Below, piece by piece: positions 39,578-55,100 of a DNA stretch of 64,000 bases. Source of the DNA: Anaeramoeba ignava BMAN (taxonomy: Eukaryota; Protista; Anaeramoebae); assembly GCA_028826165.1 (NCBI GenBank), contig JAPDFW010000015.1, forward strand, positions 1-64,000, given 5' to 3'. The notes beneath the pieces were generated by a model. The model was not told where the DNA came from and did no database searches. It worked only from the letters and a program-made list of their open reading frames with translations. Made by a program: the position numbers and the translations under genes. The number at the start of each line of letters is the position of its first letter. Position 1 is the first letter of the stretch.

Positions 39578-41452
39578 ATGGAATCAGCAGAAGAAATAGC
39601 AACAAGTATTGGAGCAAGTTTAGGATTAATTGGAGCATTATTAATTATAATAATTTTTCGATATTTTAGGAAATTAAAATTATTTTATAGAAAATTAGTT
39701 TTTATTTTATCAATTTATGATTTACTTCAATCAATAAGTTATTTATTACCAGGAAGATCAAATGAAATTATTTGCAAAATTCAATATTATTTTCTTGCTA
39801 TTTTTGCTTCAACTTCTCAATTTTGGTCTGCAACTATTTCTTTAATTTCTTATTTAAAAGTTGTTAAAGAATTTAATGATAAAAAATTAAATAAAATTCA
39901 TAAATGGTTTCATTTAATAATGTTAATTCCAATTATTGTGTTAGTTACTGTTGTTGGTTATTCTCATGATTATAATAATTCAAAAACTTATTGGTATTTT
40001 TTTGGATTGATTTTTGGATTGATTTTAATTTGATTTTTAATTTGATTTTAATTTGATTTTTAATTTGATTTTAATTTGATTTTTAATTTGATTTTTAAAT
40101 TAGGTGTACTTCAATTACAAGAGCATTTCTTATTGTATTTATTAACATTTTTTTTTAAAAAATTCCAAAACAAAAGAAATTTGGAAATGATTTAAAAATA
40201 ATTTGATTTTTATTTAGACTCTTTATACTTTTAATTGGATTTACATTATTATTTGTTTGATTTTTTATATTTTAACAATGATTCGATTAAGAAAAGAATT
40301 CAATTTCCTTTCAAATAACTATTCTCCAACATCAAAAAAAAGTCAAATCAATCAAGTTTGGGTTCAATTAAGAATGAGTTTAATTCCTTTAATTCAAATT
40401 ATAATATTGATTCCAGGAACAATTAGAGTAAAAAAACTAAAATAATTATTGATTATTTATTGAAAGAAAAATTCAACTTTGATTTGATTTAATTTAATTT
40501 GATTTAATTTAATTTGATTTAATTTAATTTAATTTAATTTGATTTAATTCAACTTTGATTTAATTTGATTTGATTTGATTTGATTTGATTTAATTTGATT
40601 TGATTTGATTTAATTTGATTTAATTTAATTTAATTTGATTTGATTTGATTTAATTTAATTTGATTTAATTTGATTTAATTTGATTTAATTTGATTTAATT
40701 TAATTTAATTTAATTTAATTTAATTTAATTTAATTTGATTTAATTTAATTTGATTTAATTTAATTTAATTTAATTTAATTTAATTTAATTTAATTTAATT
40801 TGATTTGATTTAATTTGATTTTATTTATTTAATTTAATTTGATTTAATTTGATTTGATTTGATTTAATTTGATTTAATTTAATTTAATTTGATTTGATTT
40901 GATTTAATTTAATTTGATTTGATTTGATTTGATTTAATTTGATTTAATTTGATTTGATTTGATTTAATTTGATTTTATTTATTTAATTTAATTTGATTTA
41001 ATTTAATTTGATTTAATTTAATTTAATTTGATTTAATTTAATTTAATTTGATTTGATTTGATTTAATTTAATTTAATTTAATTTGATTTAATTCAACTTT
41101 GATTTATTTGATTTAATTTGATTTGATTTAATTTGATTTAATTTAATTTTATTTAATTTGATTTAATTTAATTTAAAAATAATAGAGAAGTAGAGAATGG
41201 ATGGAAAATTCTCCTCATGATATCCTTTCAATTGACATTATTCATTCTTTATTAATAACTTCTCAAGGATTTTGGGATTTTTGGATTTTTATTATTTTTG
41301 ATCCAGAAATGAGAAATAAATTAAGAAATTGTTGTTCATCTTCAAAAAATCCAAAAGAACTTGTTTTTGTTGGATTAAGTATTGAAAAAAATGAAAATGA
41401 AAATGAAAATGAAAATGAAAAAGATACTCTTCTTCATTTTGGAAAAAAGTAA
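39578..41452 (+). CDS. cAMP-receptor-like 7TM GPCR, array gene 18
   Basis: 4 exons; intron 3 is (GATTT/AATTT)n. Confidence 0.87.
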
Positions 41453-41604
41453 TCAAAAAGTTGTTTGATGTTGTTGTTATTGTTATTTTAAAAAAAAATT
41501 CAATTTATTTTTGTGAATTATTTTGATCAAATAAAAAACCAACTTAAAAAATAAAAATCAATTATAATATTAAATTTGTTCCACTTTTTTTTTTCTTTGC
41601 TTTA

Positions 41605-42015
41605 ATAATAATATTAAATATTTAAATTGAAAATTAATTATATTATATATATTTTATTAATTTTTCTTTATTTAAAACAATATAAAATTATTCCCAATAT
41701 TTAAATAAAATTAATAAAATATTTTGATTAAATCTATTTCAAAATTAAAATAAATAATATTAAATACTTAAATTGAAAATTAATTATATTTTATATATTT
41801 TATTAATTTTTCTTAATTTAAAATAATAAAAATTATTCCCAATATTAAATAAAATTAATAAAATATTTTGATTAAATCTATTTCAAAATTAAAATAAATA
41901 ATATTAAATACTTAAATTGAAAACTAATTATATTTTATATATTTTATTAATTTTTCTTAATTTAAAATAATATAAAATTATTCCCAATATTTAAATAAAA
42001 TTAATAAAATATTGA
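41605..42015. repeat. Intergenic ~143-bp minisatellite, ~3 copies
   Basis: The anchor aaaattattcccaatatt recurs at ~41685, ~41830 and ~41975. Confidence 0.8.
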
Positions 42016-42406
42016 AATATTTTCGTAAAGTTAAAAATTGAATTGAAATAACTTTTAATAATAATTTAACTTGAATTTATTTTATTTTAAATTTAAATAA
42101 TATTTTCATTTATTAAATTAATATTTTTAATTAATTATTAACTTAATTTTTATTATAATAAAATATATCGAAATTAAAATTTTAAATTAACAATTTTTTG
42201 GAAACAAAAAAAAAATATTTTCATCACTTTTTGAATTTCATTTTTTTTCATTTCTTTTAATTTTTTGATTTCTATTATAATTTTAAAATTAATTTTTAAT
42301 TTTTAATTTTTAATTTAATTTAATTTTTTTGGAAATCAAAATTAAAAACAAAAATTTCAAATTTATTCAATAAAAAAAAATAATTAAAAAATAATTAAAA
42401 ATCAAA

Positions 42407-44039
42407 ATGATTTCAGGAGAAGAAACAGCAACAAGTATTGGAGCAAGTTTAGGAATGACAGGAGCATTATTAATAATATTTATTTTCTTTTATTTTAGGA
42501 AATTAAAATTATTTTATCGAAAATTAGTTTTTATTTTATCAATTTATGATTTATTTCAATCAATAAGTTATTTATTACCAGGAAATTCAAATGGAGTTAT
42601 TTGCAAAATTCAATATTTTTTAATTGCTATTTTTTCAACAACTTCTCAATTTTGGTCTGCAACTATTTCTTTTTTTTCTTATTTAAAAGTTTATAAGCAA
42701 CTTGATGATAAAAAATTAAATAAAATTCATAAATGGTTTCATTTAATAATGATTATTCCAATTATTGTTTTAATTATTATTGTTTCTATTACTAGAGATT
42801 ATGATAAATCAAAAACTTATTGGTAATTTTAAATTTAATTTTGAATTTAATTTTGAATTAATTTGATTTAATTTAATTTTGATTTAATTTTATATTTGAT
42901 TTTATTTAATTTTAATTTTGATTTGATTTAATTTTAATTTTGATTTGATTTAATTTAATTTAATTTTGATTTAATTTTGATTTTATTTAATTTAATTTTA
43001 TTTAGATTTAATTTAATTTGATTTAATTTAATTTTAATTTTTGATTTAATTTAATTTAATTTAATTTTAATTTAATTTAATTTTAATTTTTGATTTAATT
43101 TGATTTTGATTTAATTTTAATTTTAATTGATTTGATTTGATTTGATTTGATTTAATTTAATTTTGATTTGATTTGATTTAATTTAATTTAGATTTAATTT
43201 AATTTTGATTTAATTTGATTTAATTTTGATTTAATTTAATTTGATTTGATTTAATTTGATTTAAATTTGATTTAATTTAATTTAATTTAATAGGTGTACT
43301 TCCGTAACAAACACTTTTATTATTGTAAAACATTAATAATTTTGATCCACATTCTCAAATCAAAAAACAAAAAAAAACTCAAGATTCAAAAAAATTATTT
43401 ATTTTATTTATGTAGACTGTTTATTCTTTTTTATGGGTTTTTATTATTATTTGTTTGATATTTTATATTTTAACAATAATTCAAATAAGAAAAGTTGTTA
43501 AAATATATTCAACAAATTCTATTTCAACAACAAAAATAAATCAAATGAATCAAATTTGGATTCAATTAAGAATGAGTTTTATTCCATTAATTCAAATTAT
43601 AATATTGATTCCAGGAACAATTAGAGTAAAAAAAAGAATTTTGATTTAAAAATTTATTCAAGAATTTTGATTTAAAAATTGATTTGAAAATTTATTTGAA
43701 AAAAAAAAGAGAATTAGAAATATCGCTAAACCATCTGCTAGTGATATTGAATCTCTTGATATTATTCAATCATTACTTTTAACTTCTCAAGGTTTTTGGG
43801 ATTTTTGGATTTTTGTTGTTTTTGATCCAGAAATAAGAAAGAAAATAAAAAATTGTTTTTGTTCAAAATCAAGAAATTTAGAAGAAGAAAATTTTGGAGA
43901 TGAAATGGATTATCCTTCAAAAAAAGAAAAACGTCTTTTGGTTATTGAAGAAGTGTTTCAAGATGAAAATGAAATGAAAAATACTCCTCTTATTACAAAT
44001 GAATTTGATAGTGGAATTGAAAGTGAAAATATGCTTTAA
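42407..44039 (+). CDS. cAMP-receptor-like 7TM GPCR, array gene 19
   Basis: 4 exons, last exon 43710-44039. Confidence 0.88.
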
Positions 44040-44223
44040 TTCCAAAAGAAAAACAAATCTCTTTTCTTTTTTCTTTTTATTCCTTCATTGAAAATGAAAT
44101 GTTTTTAAAATAAAACTTAATCCAAAAAAATTTTTATTTTTGAGGAATAAATTTTATTTGCAATTTTTTGTTTTCATTTTTTTTATTTCAATTTAAAAAT
44201 AAAATCTAAAGATAAAATTTAAC

Positions 44224-45490
44224 ATGAAAGGGGAAGAATTTTCAACAATATTTGGATCAAGTTTAGGATTAACTGGAGCTTTATTAATTATAATAATATT
44301 TCTATATTTTAAATCAACGAAATTATTTTATCGAAAATTAGTTTTTATTTTATCAATTTATGATTTATTTCAATCATTAAGTTATTTATTACCAGGAAAT
44401 TCAAATGGAGTTATTTGCAAAATTCAATATTATTTAACTGCTATTTTTGCTTCAACATCTCAATTTTGGTCTGCAATTATTTCTTTAATTTCTTATTTAA
44501 AAGTTGTTAAACAAATTGATGATAAAAAATTAAATAAAATCCATAAATGGTTTCATTTAATAATGTTAATTCCAATTATTGTTTTAATTATTATTTCTGC
44601 TTATGCTCATGATTATGACGATTCAAAAACTTATTGGTATTTTTATTATTATTTTTATTGAATTTTTGGATTTTAATTTTTGATTTTTATTTAGGTGTGT
44701 TTTAACAACTGAATCTTTTCTTCTTGTAAAAGAAAACAAACAAAAAATATTTTTCCAATTATTTTTAAATTGTTTTATTTATTATTTTCCTTTTTTTTTA
44801 GACTCTTTATGTTTTTATTTGGATTTATGTTATAAATTGTTTAGTTTTTTATATTTTAACAATTATTCAATTAAGAAAAGTACTTAAGTTAATTAAAAAC
44901 GAGAAATCTTTTTCATTATTAGCAGCTCAAAAAAATCAACTTTGGATTCAAATAAGAATGAGTTTAATTCCATTAATTCAAATTATAATTATGATTCCAG
45001 CAACAATTAGAGTATAAATATAAATATAAATAATATTCAAAATATAAATATAAAATATTCAATATATAAATATTCAAAAAATAAATATTCAAAATAAATA
45101 TTCAAAATTCAAAATAAATATATAAATATTCAAAATAAATATATAAATATTCAAAATAAATAATAGAGATTAAGAGATATAATAGATCCATCTGCTCCTG
45201 ATATTATTGTAATTGATATCCTTCAATCATTACTTGTTACTTCTCAAGGTTTTTGGGATTTTTGGATTTTTGTAGTTTTTGATCCAGAAATGAGAGATAA
45301 AATAAAAGGTTGTTGTTGTTCAAATTTAAAACAAAAATATTTACAAGAAAATGAACTTTCAGATATTTCAACTTATCAAAAACTTCCAAATCAAGAAAAT
45401 GGTATATTTTCGATTAAAAATCCAAATTTTAAATCAAGTGAATTTAAACCTCTTATTCAAAATTCAAACAAAGAAGAATCTTTGAATTGA
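44224..45490 (+). CDS. cAMP-receptor-like 7TM GPCR, array gene 20
   Basis: 4 exons with the family motifs. Confidence 0.88.
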
Positions 45491-45700
45491 AAATTTTAAT
45501 TTCAAAATGAAATGAACAAAAAACAATTTTTAGATTAAAAAGAAAAAGTGGAAAATAAAAAAATTTTTTTACTTCTTTCTTTTTTAATAAAAATCTAATC
45601 TATTTGTTAAAATCAAAAAAAAAAAAAAAAAAGATTTTCGAAAATCATTTTTCATTTTATTTCAATTTAAAAAATAAATTAAAAAATAAATTAAAAAAAA

Positions 45701-48493
45701 ATGAAAGGAGAAGAAATTGCAACAATAATAGGAGCAAGTTTAGGATTAATTGGAGCTTTATTAATTATAATAATTTTTCTTTATTTTAAATCAACAAAGA
45801 TATTTTATAGAAAATTAGTTTTTATTTTATCAATTTATGATTTATTTCAATCATTAAGCTTTTTATTACCAGGAAATTCAGATCAAAATCTTTGCAAAAT
45901 TCAATATTATTTTCTTGCTATTTTTACAACAACTTCTCAATTTTGGTCTGCAAGTATTTCTGTTATTTCTTATTTAAAAGTTGTTAAACAAATTGATGAT
46001 AAAAAGTTAAATAAAATCCAAAAATGGTCTCATTTAATAATGTTAATTCCAATTATTGTTTTAATTATTATTGCTGCTTATGCTCATGATTATGACGATT
46101 CAAAAACTTATTGGTATTTTTATTGTTTTAAATTTAATTTTGATTTTAATTTTTATTTTAAATTTGATTTTGGTTTTGATTTTAATTTTAATTTTGATTT
46201 TAATTTTAATTTTGATTTTGATTTTGATTTTAATTTTGATTTTGATTTTAATATTGATTTTAATTTTAATTTTGATTTTGATTTTGATTTTAATTTTAAT
46301 TTTGATTTTGATTTTGATTTTAATTTTAATTTTTATTTTTGATTTTAATTTTAATTTTAATTTTGATTTTAATTTTGATTTTAATTTTAATTTTGATTTA
46401 GGTGTGCTTCAACAACTCAAATTTATTTAATTGTAAAAGAAATCAAACAAAAATATTTTATTTTTAAATCAAATTATTTTTTATTATTTTAATTTTAATT
46501 TATTTGAAGCTTGTTTTGTTTTTATATTTTAATTTTCAATTAAGAAAATATTTTAAATCAATTTCAAATAATAGTTCTTTTGATTAACTTTCTCAAATAA
46601 GAATGAGTTTAATTCCTTTATTTCTAATTTTTAATTTTTAGAGTATAAATATTTAATATTTAATTAAATATAAAATATTTATAAAATATTCAAATATAAA
46701 ATATTCAATATATAAAATTTTAAATATTCAATATAAAATATTCAATATATAAATATTCAATATATAATATTCAATATAAAATATTAAATATTCAATATTC
46801 AATATTCAATATAAAATAAAAATATATAAATATATAAATATAAAATATTCAATATAAAATATTAAATATTCAAATCAATATTCAATATAAAATATTTTCA
46901 ATATAAATTATAAATATTCAATATTTATAAATTATTATTTTTTAAAATATTCAATATATATTCAATATAAAAATATTCAATATAAATAGTCAATCGTATT
47001 CAATATAAATATTCAATATAAAATATTGTTTGGATTTATTTGATATATTCTTGTTTTTATTTTTATTTTTAACAATTTATTCAATTAAGAAAATATTTAA
47101 AATATTTCAAATAAAATATTCTCATCAAAACAAAAGACAAAATTTCAATTAACAATAATCAATATAAAAATATTCAATATTCAATATTCAAAAATATAAA
47201 TACAAAATAAATATTGTAGTATAAAAAAAATTAAAATATTCAATATAAATATTCAATATTAAAATATTCAATATATAAATATTCGGTATAAAATATTCAA
47301 TATAAAATATAAAAAATATTCTCAATATAAAATATTAAATATTCAATATAAAAATATTCAATATAAAAATATTCAATATTTATAAAATATTCAATATTAA
47401 ATATTCAAAAAAATATAAATAGTTTAAATATTCAAAATATAAATATTTCAAAATAAATATTCAGTATAAAATATAAATATTCAATATTCAATATTCAATA
47501 TAAAATATTAAATAATATAAAATATTCAATATATAATAATATTCAATATAAAATATTCAAAATATAAAAAAATATTTAAAATATTATAAATATTCAATAT
47601 TAAAATATTTCAATATTCAATATAAAATATTCAATAATATAAATATATTCAATGATTCAATATTCAATATTAAATATTAAAATATTCAATATTCAATATA
47701 TAAAATATTAAAATAAATATTAATATATAAATATTCAATATAAAATATATTAAATATTCAATATTCAATAAAATATTCAATATAAAATATTCAATAAAAT
47801 ATTCAATATAAAAATATTCAATATAAAATATTCAATATAAAATATAAATAATCAATATTAAATATTCAATATATAAATATATAAAATATAAAATATTCAA
47901 AAATATATAAATATAAAATATTCAATATAAATATTCAATATAAAATATAAATATTCAATATAAAATATTCAATATAAAATATAAATATTCAATATAAAAT
48001 ATTCAATATAAAATATTCAATATAAAATATAAATAGTCAATATTAAATATAAATATTCAATATAAAATATTCAATATTCAATATTCAATATTCAATATTC
48101 AATATAAAATATAAAATATTCAATATAAAATATAAATATTCAAAATAAATATTCAATATAAAATAATAGAGATTAAGAAATATAATCAGCCCATCTGCTT
48201 CTGATATTATTGCAATTGATATCCTTCATTCATTACTTGCTTCTTCTCAAGGTTTTTGGGATTTTTGGATTTTTGTAGTTTTTGATCCAGAAATGAGAAA
48301 TAAAATAAAAGGTTGTTGTTGTTGTTGTTCAAATTTATTCCATTTACAAGAAAATGAACTTTCAGATATTTCAGCTTTTGAAAAACTTCCAAATCAAGAA
48401 AATGATCTATTTTTGAGTGAAAATCCAAAATCCAAATCAAGTGGATTTAGACCTCTTCTTCAAAATTCAAACAAAGAAGAATCTTTGAATTGA
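45701..48493 (+). CDS. cAMP-receptor-like 7TM GPCR, array gene 21; exon 3 garbled (pseudogene or mis-assembly)
   Basis: Exons 1, 2 and 4 are intact. Exon 3 appears only as two corrupted copies at ~46500-46645 and ~47025-47160. Confidence 0.65.
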
Positions 48494-48729
48494 AAATTTT
48501 AATTTCAAGAATATTTGTAATTTTAAAAACAAACAAAAAACTAATTTTTGGATTAAAAAGGAAAAGTGGAATAAAAAATTTTTTTTAAATTTAAATTTGT
48601 TTTAATTTTGACTCTTTCAAAAAAAAATTTAAATAAAAAAAAAAGATTTTCAAAAATTTATTTTTCATTTTTTTTTCAATTTGTTTTTCAATTTTTTTTT
48701 CAATTTGTTTTTCAATTTAAAAAATAAAA

Positions 48730-50449
48730 ATGAAAGGAGAAGAAACAGCAACAATAATAGGAGCAAGTTTAGGATTAATTGGAGCTTTATTAATTATAAT
48801 AATATTTCTTTATTTTAAAGAAAACAAAATATTTTATAGAAAATTAGTTTTTATTTTATCAATTTATGATTTATTTCAATCAATAACTTATTTATTACCA
48901 GGAAATTCAGATCAAAATCTTTGTGAAATTCAATATTATTTACTTGCTATTTCTGCAACAACTTCTCAATTTTGGTCTGCAAGTATTTCTGTTATTTCTT
49001 ATTTAAAAGTTGTTAAAGAAATTGATGATAAAAAATTAAATAAAATCCATAAATGGTTTCATTTAATAATGTTAATTCCAATTATTATTTTAATTATTAT
49101 TGCTGCTTATTCACATGATTATAACGATTCAAAAACTTATTGGTATTTTTATTGTTTTAAATTTAATTTTAATTTTGATTTTAATTTTAATTTTAATTTT
49201 AATTTTAATTTTTATTTTAATTTTAATTTTAATTTTAATTTTGATTTTAATTTTAATTTTGATTTTAATTTTGATTTTAATTTTAATTTTAATTTTAATT
49301 TTAATTTTAATTTTAATTTTAAATTTGATTTTAATTTTGATTTTAATTTTAATTTTAATTTTAATTTTAATTTTAATTTTAATTTTAAATTTGATTTTTA
49401 ATTTTAATTTTAATTTTAATTTTGATTTTAATTTAATTTTAATTTTAATTTTAATTTTAATTTTGATTTTAATTTTAATTTTGATTTTAATTTTAAATTT
49501 GATTTTAATTTTGATTTTGATTTTAATTTTAATTTTGATTTTAATTTGATTTTGGATTTTAATTTTAATTTTAATTTTGATTTTGATTTTAATTTTAATT
49601 TTAATTTTAATTTTAATTTTAATTTTAATTTTAATTTTAATTTTAATTTTAATTTTAATTTTAATATTAATTTTAATTTTAATTTTAATTTTGAATTTGA
49701 TTTTGGTTTTAATTTAGGTGTGCTTCAACAACTCAAATTTATCTTATTGTAAAAGAAAACAAACAAAAAATATTTTCCCAATTATTTTTAAATCAAATTA
49801 TTTTATTATTTTCCTTTGATGCTGATATTTAGTTTATTTATGGCTTTAATTGGATTTATGTTATAAATTGTTTAGTTTTTTATATTTTAACAATTATTCA
49901 ATTAAAAAAAGTATTTAAATCAATTTCAAGCGATCATTCTTTTTCTTCATTAACAGCTCAAAAAAATCAACTTTGGATTCAAATAAGAATGAGTTTAATT
50001 CCATTAATTCAAATTATAATTATGATTCCAGCAACAATTAGAGTATAAATATTCAAAATATAAAATATTCAATATATAAATAATAAATATTCAATATTCA
50101 AAATAATATTCAAAATATAAATATTAGAGATTAAGAAATATAATAGATCCATCTGCTTCTGATATTATTGTAATTGATATCCTTCATTCATTACTTGTTA
50201 CTTCTCAAGGTTTTTGGGATTTTTGGATATTTTATTATTTTTGATCCAGAAATGAGAGATAAAATAAAAGGTTGTTGTTGTTCAAATTTAAAACAAAAAT
50301 ATTTCCAAGAAAATGAAGTTTCAGATATTTCAACTTATCAAAAATTCCCAAATCAAGAAAAAGATCTTTTTTTAATCAAAAGCTCAAATTTTAAATCAAG
50401 TGAATTTAAACCTCTTCTTCAAAATTCAAACAAAGAAGATCTAAATTGA
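48730..50449 (+). CDS. cAMP-receptor-like 7TM GPCR, array gene 22 (apparent +1 T near 50232)
   Basis: 4 exons; intron 1 is (TTTTAA/TTTTGA)n; C-tail is close to that of gene 20. Confidence 0.82.
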
Positions 50450-50722
50450 AAATTTGCTTTTTTTTTTATTCATTCATTTTTTTATACATTTATTTTTTTT
50501 ATACAATTATTTCTATTTTTTAAATTTAGTTTAAAAAAAAAGTGGAAGAAATATTTTTTTTTTGTTCTATCCACTTTTTTTTTGTTATTAATTCCAAATT
50601 TTCCCAAAAGAATAAAAAAATCTTTTTAAAATAATTTTTTTTCATTTTTTTATTTTAAATTCACTATTTGAATTTTTTTACCAATTCAAATAAAAAAATT
50701 GAAAAATAAAAATAGATTTCCA

Positions 50723-51919
50723 ATGAAAGGAGAAGATATATCAGCAATAGTTGGATCAAGTTTAGGGGTGATTGGGGCATTAATCATAATAATAATATTT
50801 CTATATTTCAAAGAATACAGTTTATTTTATAGAAAATTAGTTTTTATTTTATCAATTTATGATTTTTTTCAATCCTTCAGTTATTTATTACCAGGTCATT
50901 CAAATCAAGTTCTTTGCAAAATTCAATACTATTTACTTGCTGTTTCTGCAACAACTACTTCTTTTTGGTCTGCTGCAATTTCTTTTATTTCTTATTTAAA
51001 AGTTGTTAAAGGTTTTAATGATAAAAAATTGAATAAAATTCATAAATGGTTTCATTTAATAATGTTAATTCCAATTATTGTTTTTGTTTCTATTGTTTCT
51101 GTTACAAGAGATTATGAAAGTTCAAAAACTCATTGGTATTTTAAAATTCATTTATAAAATTCATTTATAAAATTGATTTAATTTTCTTGCAAAAAAAATA
51201 GGTGTTTTTCAACTGCTGAACCTTTTATAATTGTAAAAATTCAAATGAAAAAAAGAAAATTTTCTTTTGGAATGAATTTTAATTCTTTTATCTTTACAAA
51301 TCTTTTTTTTTAGACTGTTTATGCTTTTATTTGGACTTTCATTTTTATTTGCTTAATATTTTATATTTTAACAATGAAATTCTTGAGAAAAATATTTAAA
51401 GTAGTTTCATCAGAATATTCACATCAATCACAAACAAATCAAATGAATCAAGTTTGGGTTCAAATAAGAATGAGTTTGATTCCATTAGTTTATATTATTG
51501 TTGAAATTCCAGCAACAATTAGAGTAATATTTATTTTGATTTAAAATTACTTATATTTATATTTATACTAATTTTGATTTTTGATTTTAAAGAGATTAAG
51601 AGAAGTGATTAAACCTTCATCTTCTGAAAATTTTACACTTGATGTTTTTCATTCATTACTTGCAACTTCTCAAGGATTTTGGGATTTTTGGATTTTTATA
51701 GTTTTTGATCCAGAAATGAGAGAAAAATTGAAACATTCTTGTTGTTCAACTTCTCAAAAATATTTTCAAGCAAATCCTGATTTTGATCTTCAAACTTATG
51801 ATACTTCAATTAAGAAAAATCTACTTTCAATAAATGATTCCTTTGAAATTGAATCAAAAAATTCTAAACCTTTATTTGATTTTGGAAATCAAAATCAAAA
51901 TCAAAATCATAAAAATTGA
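50723..51919 (+). CDS. cAMP-receptor-like 7TM GPCR, array gene 23
   Basis: ATG at 50723 (MKGED); 4 exons with short introns. Confidence 0.88.
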
Positions 51920-52163
51920 TTTAATTGAAATTAATTTGTGAATCTTTTAATTAATTAGTTAATTTATTATCAAATGTTTTCAAAAAGAATTAAAAATAAT
52001 TAAAAATAATTAAATAAAGATAAGAAAGAAACAAAAAAAGATTTAAAAATTTATAAAAAAAATGAAAAATCAAAAATCATTTTTCTTGTTTTTTTTTTAT
52101 AATAATTTATTTATTCAAATTTAATTGAAAAAAATTCCAAATAAAAAATAAAATTTATTCAAA

Positions 52164-55100
52164 ATGAAAAAACCACAAGAAATATGCACAATAATTGGGT
52201 CAAGTTTAGGATTTATTGGATCATTATTAATAATAATATTTTATTTATTATTCAATCAATTATATTTTCTTTATCGAAAATTAATATTTATTTTATCAGT
52301 TTATGATCTAATTCAATCAATAAGTTATTTATTACCTGGACATTCAAACAGAATTTTTTGTCGGATTCAATTTGAATTAATTACTGGTTTTGCAACTTGT
52401 GCTCAATTTTGGTCTGCTTCAATTTCTTTTATTTCTTTTCTTAAAGTTGTTAAAGAATTTGATGATAAAAAATTAAATAAAATTCAGAAATTTCTTCATG
52501 TTGCCATGTGGTTTATTTCTATTACTTTTATTCTTCTTTCTTTTTTTGTTGGAAATCCTGAAGAATCTACTACTTATTGGTAATTTTTTTTCTTTAATTG
52601 ATAATTGAATTTTTTTTTCTTTAATTGAATAATTGATTTTTTTAATAGGTGCATGTCAACAGAAAAACCCATTATAATTGTAAATCTAAATCTAAATCTA
52701 AATATAAATATAAATATATAAATCTAAATATAAATATAAATCTAAATATAAATCTAAATATAAATCTAAATATAAATATAAATATAAATATAAATATAAA
52801 TATAAATATAAATATAAATATAAATATAAATATAAATATAAATATAAATATATAAATATAAATATAAATATAAATATAAATATAAATATAAATATAAATA
52901 TAAATATAAATCTAAATATAAATCTAAATATAAATATAAATATAAATCTAAATATAAATATAAATATAAATATCATTACAAAATATAAATATAAATCTAA
53001 ATCTAAATCTAAATATAAATATAAATCTAAAATCTAAATCTAAATCTAAAAATATAAATATAAATATAAATCTAAATCTAAATATAAATCTAAATATAAA
53101 TATAAATATAAATATAAATATAAATATAAATCTAAATCTAAATCTAAATATAAATATAAATATAAAATATAAATCTAAATATAAATATAAATCTAAATCT
53201 AAATATAAATATAAATATAAATATAAATATAAATCTAAATATAAATATAAATATAAATATAAATATAAATCTAAATCTAAATATAAAAATATAAATATAA
53301 ATATAAATATAAATCTAAATATAAATATAAATATAAATATAAATATAAATATAAATATAAATATAAATATAAATATAAATATAAATCTAAATCTAATTAT
53401 AAATATAAAATATAAATATAAATATAAATCTAAATATAAATATAAATCTAAATCTAAATATAAATATAAATATAAATCTAAATATAAATATAAATATAAA
53501 TATAAATATAAATATAAATCTAAATATAAAAATCTAAATATAAATATAAATATAAATATAAATCTAAATCTAAATCTAAATCTAAATCTAAATCTAAATC
53601 TAAATCTAAAAATAAAAACATAAATATAAAATATAAATATAAATATAAATATAAATATAAATATAAATATAAAATATAAATATAAATATAAAATAAATCT
53701 AAATATAAAATATAATCTAAATCTAAATCTAAATATAAATCTAAATATAAATATAAATCTAAATCATAAATCTAAATCTAAATCACAAATAAATCTCAAA
53801 TCTAAATCATCAAATATAAATATAAATATAAATCTAAATCAAAAATATAAATATAAATATAAATATAAATATAAATATAAATATAAATATAAAATAAATA
53901 TAAATATAAATATAAATCTAAAAAATATAAATATAAATCTAAATATAAATATAAATATAAATATAAATCTAAAATAAAAAATCTAAATATAAATATAAAT
54001 ATAAATATAAATATAAATATAAATATAAATGAAAATATAAATATAAATATAAATATAAATATAAATATAAATATAAATATAAATATAAATATAAATATTT
54101 AAAATATAAATCTAAATCTCAAATCTAAATCTAAATCTAAATATAAATCTAAATATAAATATAAATATAAATATAAATATAAATATAATATAAATATAAA
54201 TATAAATATAAATATAAATATAAATATAAATATAAATAATCTAAATATAAATATAAATATAAATATAAATATAAATATAAATATAAATATAAATATAAAT
54301 ATAAATATAAATCTAAATATAAATCTAAATATAAATATAAATATAAATCTAAATCTAAATCTAAATCTAAATATAAATATAAATATAAATATAAATATAA
54401 AATATAAATATAAATATAAATCTAAATATAAATCTAAATATAAATATAAATATAAATATAAATATAAATATAAATATAAATATAAATATAAATATAAATA
54501 TAAATATAAATATAAATTGAAATATAAATATAAATATAATTAAATATAAATCTAAATTATAAAATTAAATAAAATATAAATATAAATCTAAAATATAAAT
54601 ATAAATATAAATATAAATATAAATATAAATATAAATATAAATATAAATTAAATATAAATATAAATATAAATATAAATATAAATATAAATATAAATATAAA
54701 TATAAATATAAATATAAATCTAAATATAAATCTAAATATAAATCTAAATATAAATATAAATATAAATATAAATATAAATATAAATATAAATCTAAATATA
54801 AATATAAATATAATTACAAATATAAATTAAATTATAAATATAAATATAAATATAAATATAAATATAAATATAAATATAAATATAAATATAAATATAAATA
54901 TAAATATAAATATAAATATAAATCTAAATATAAATCTAAATATAAATATTAATATTTGAAATTGTTTTATTTTTAGCCTCTTTATTCAGTAAATTGGGTT
55001 TATATTATCGCTTGCTTCATTTTTTATATTTTTACTATTATTAAAATTAGAAAAATTATAAAATTAAATTCTCAAGGAAATTATGGACCAAAAACAAGTC

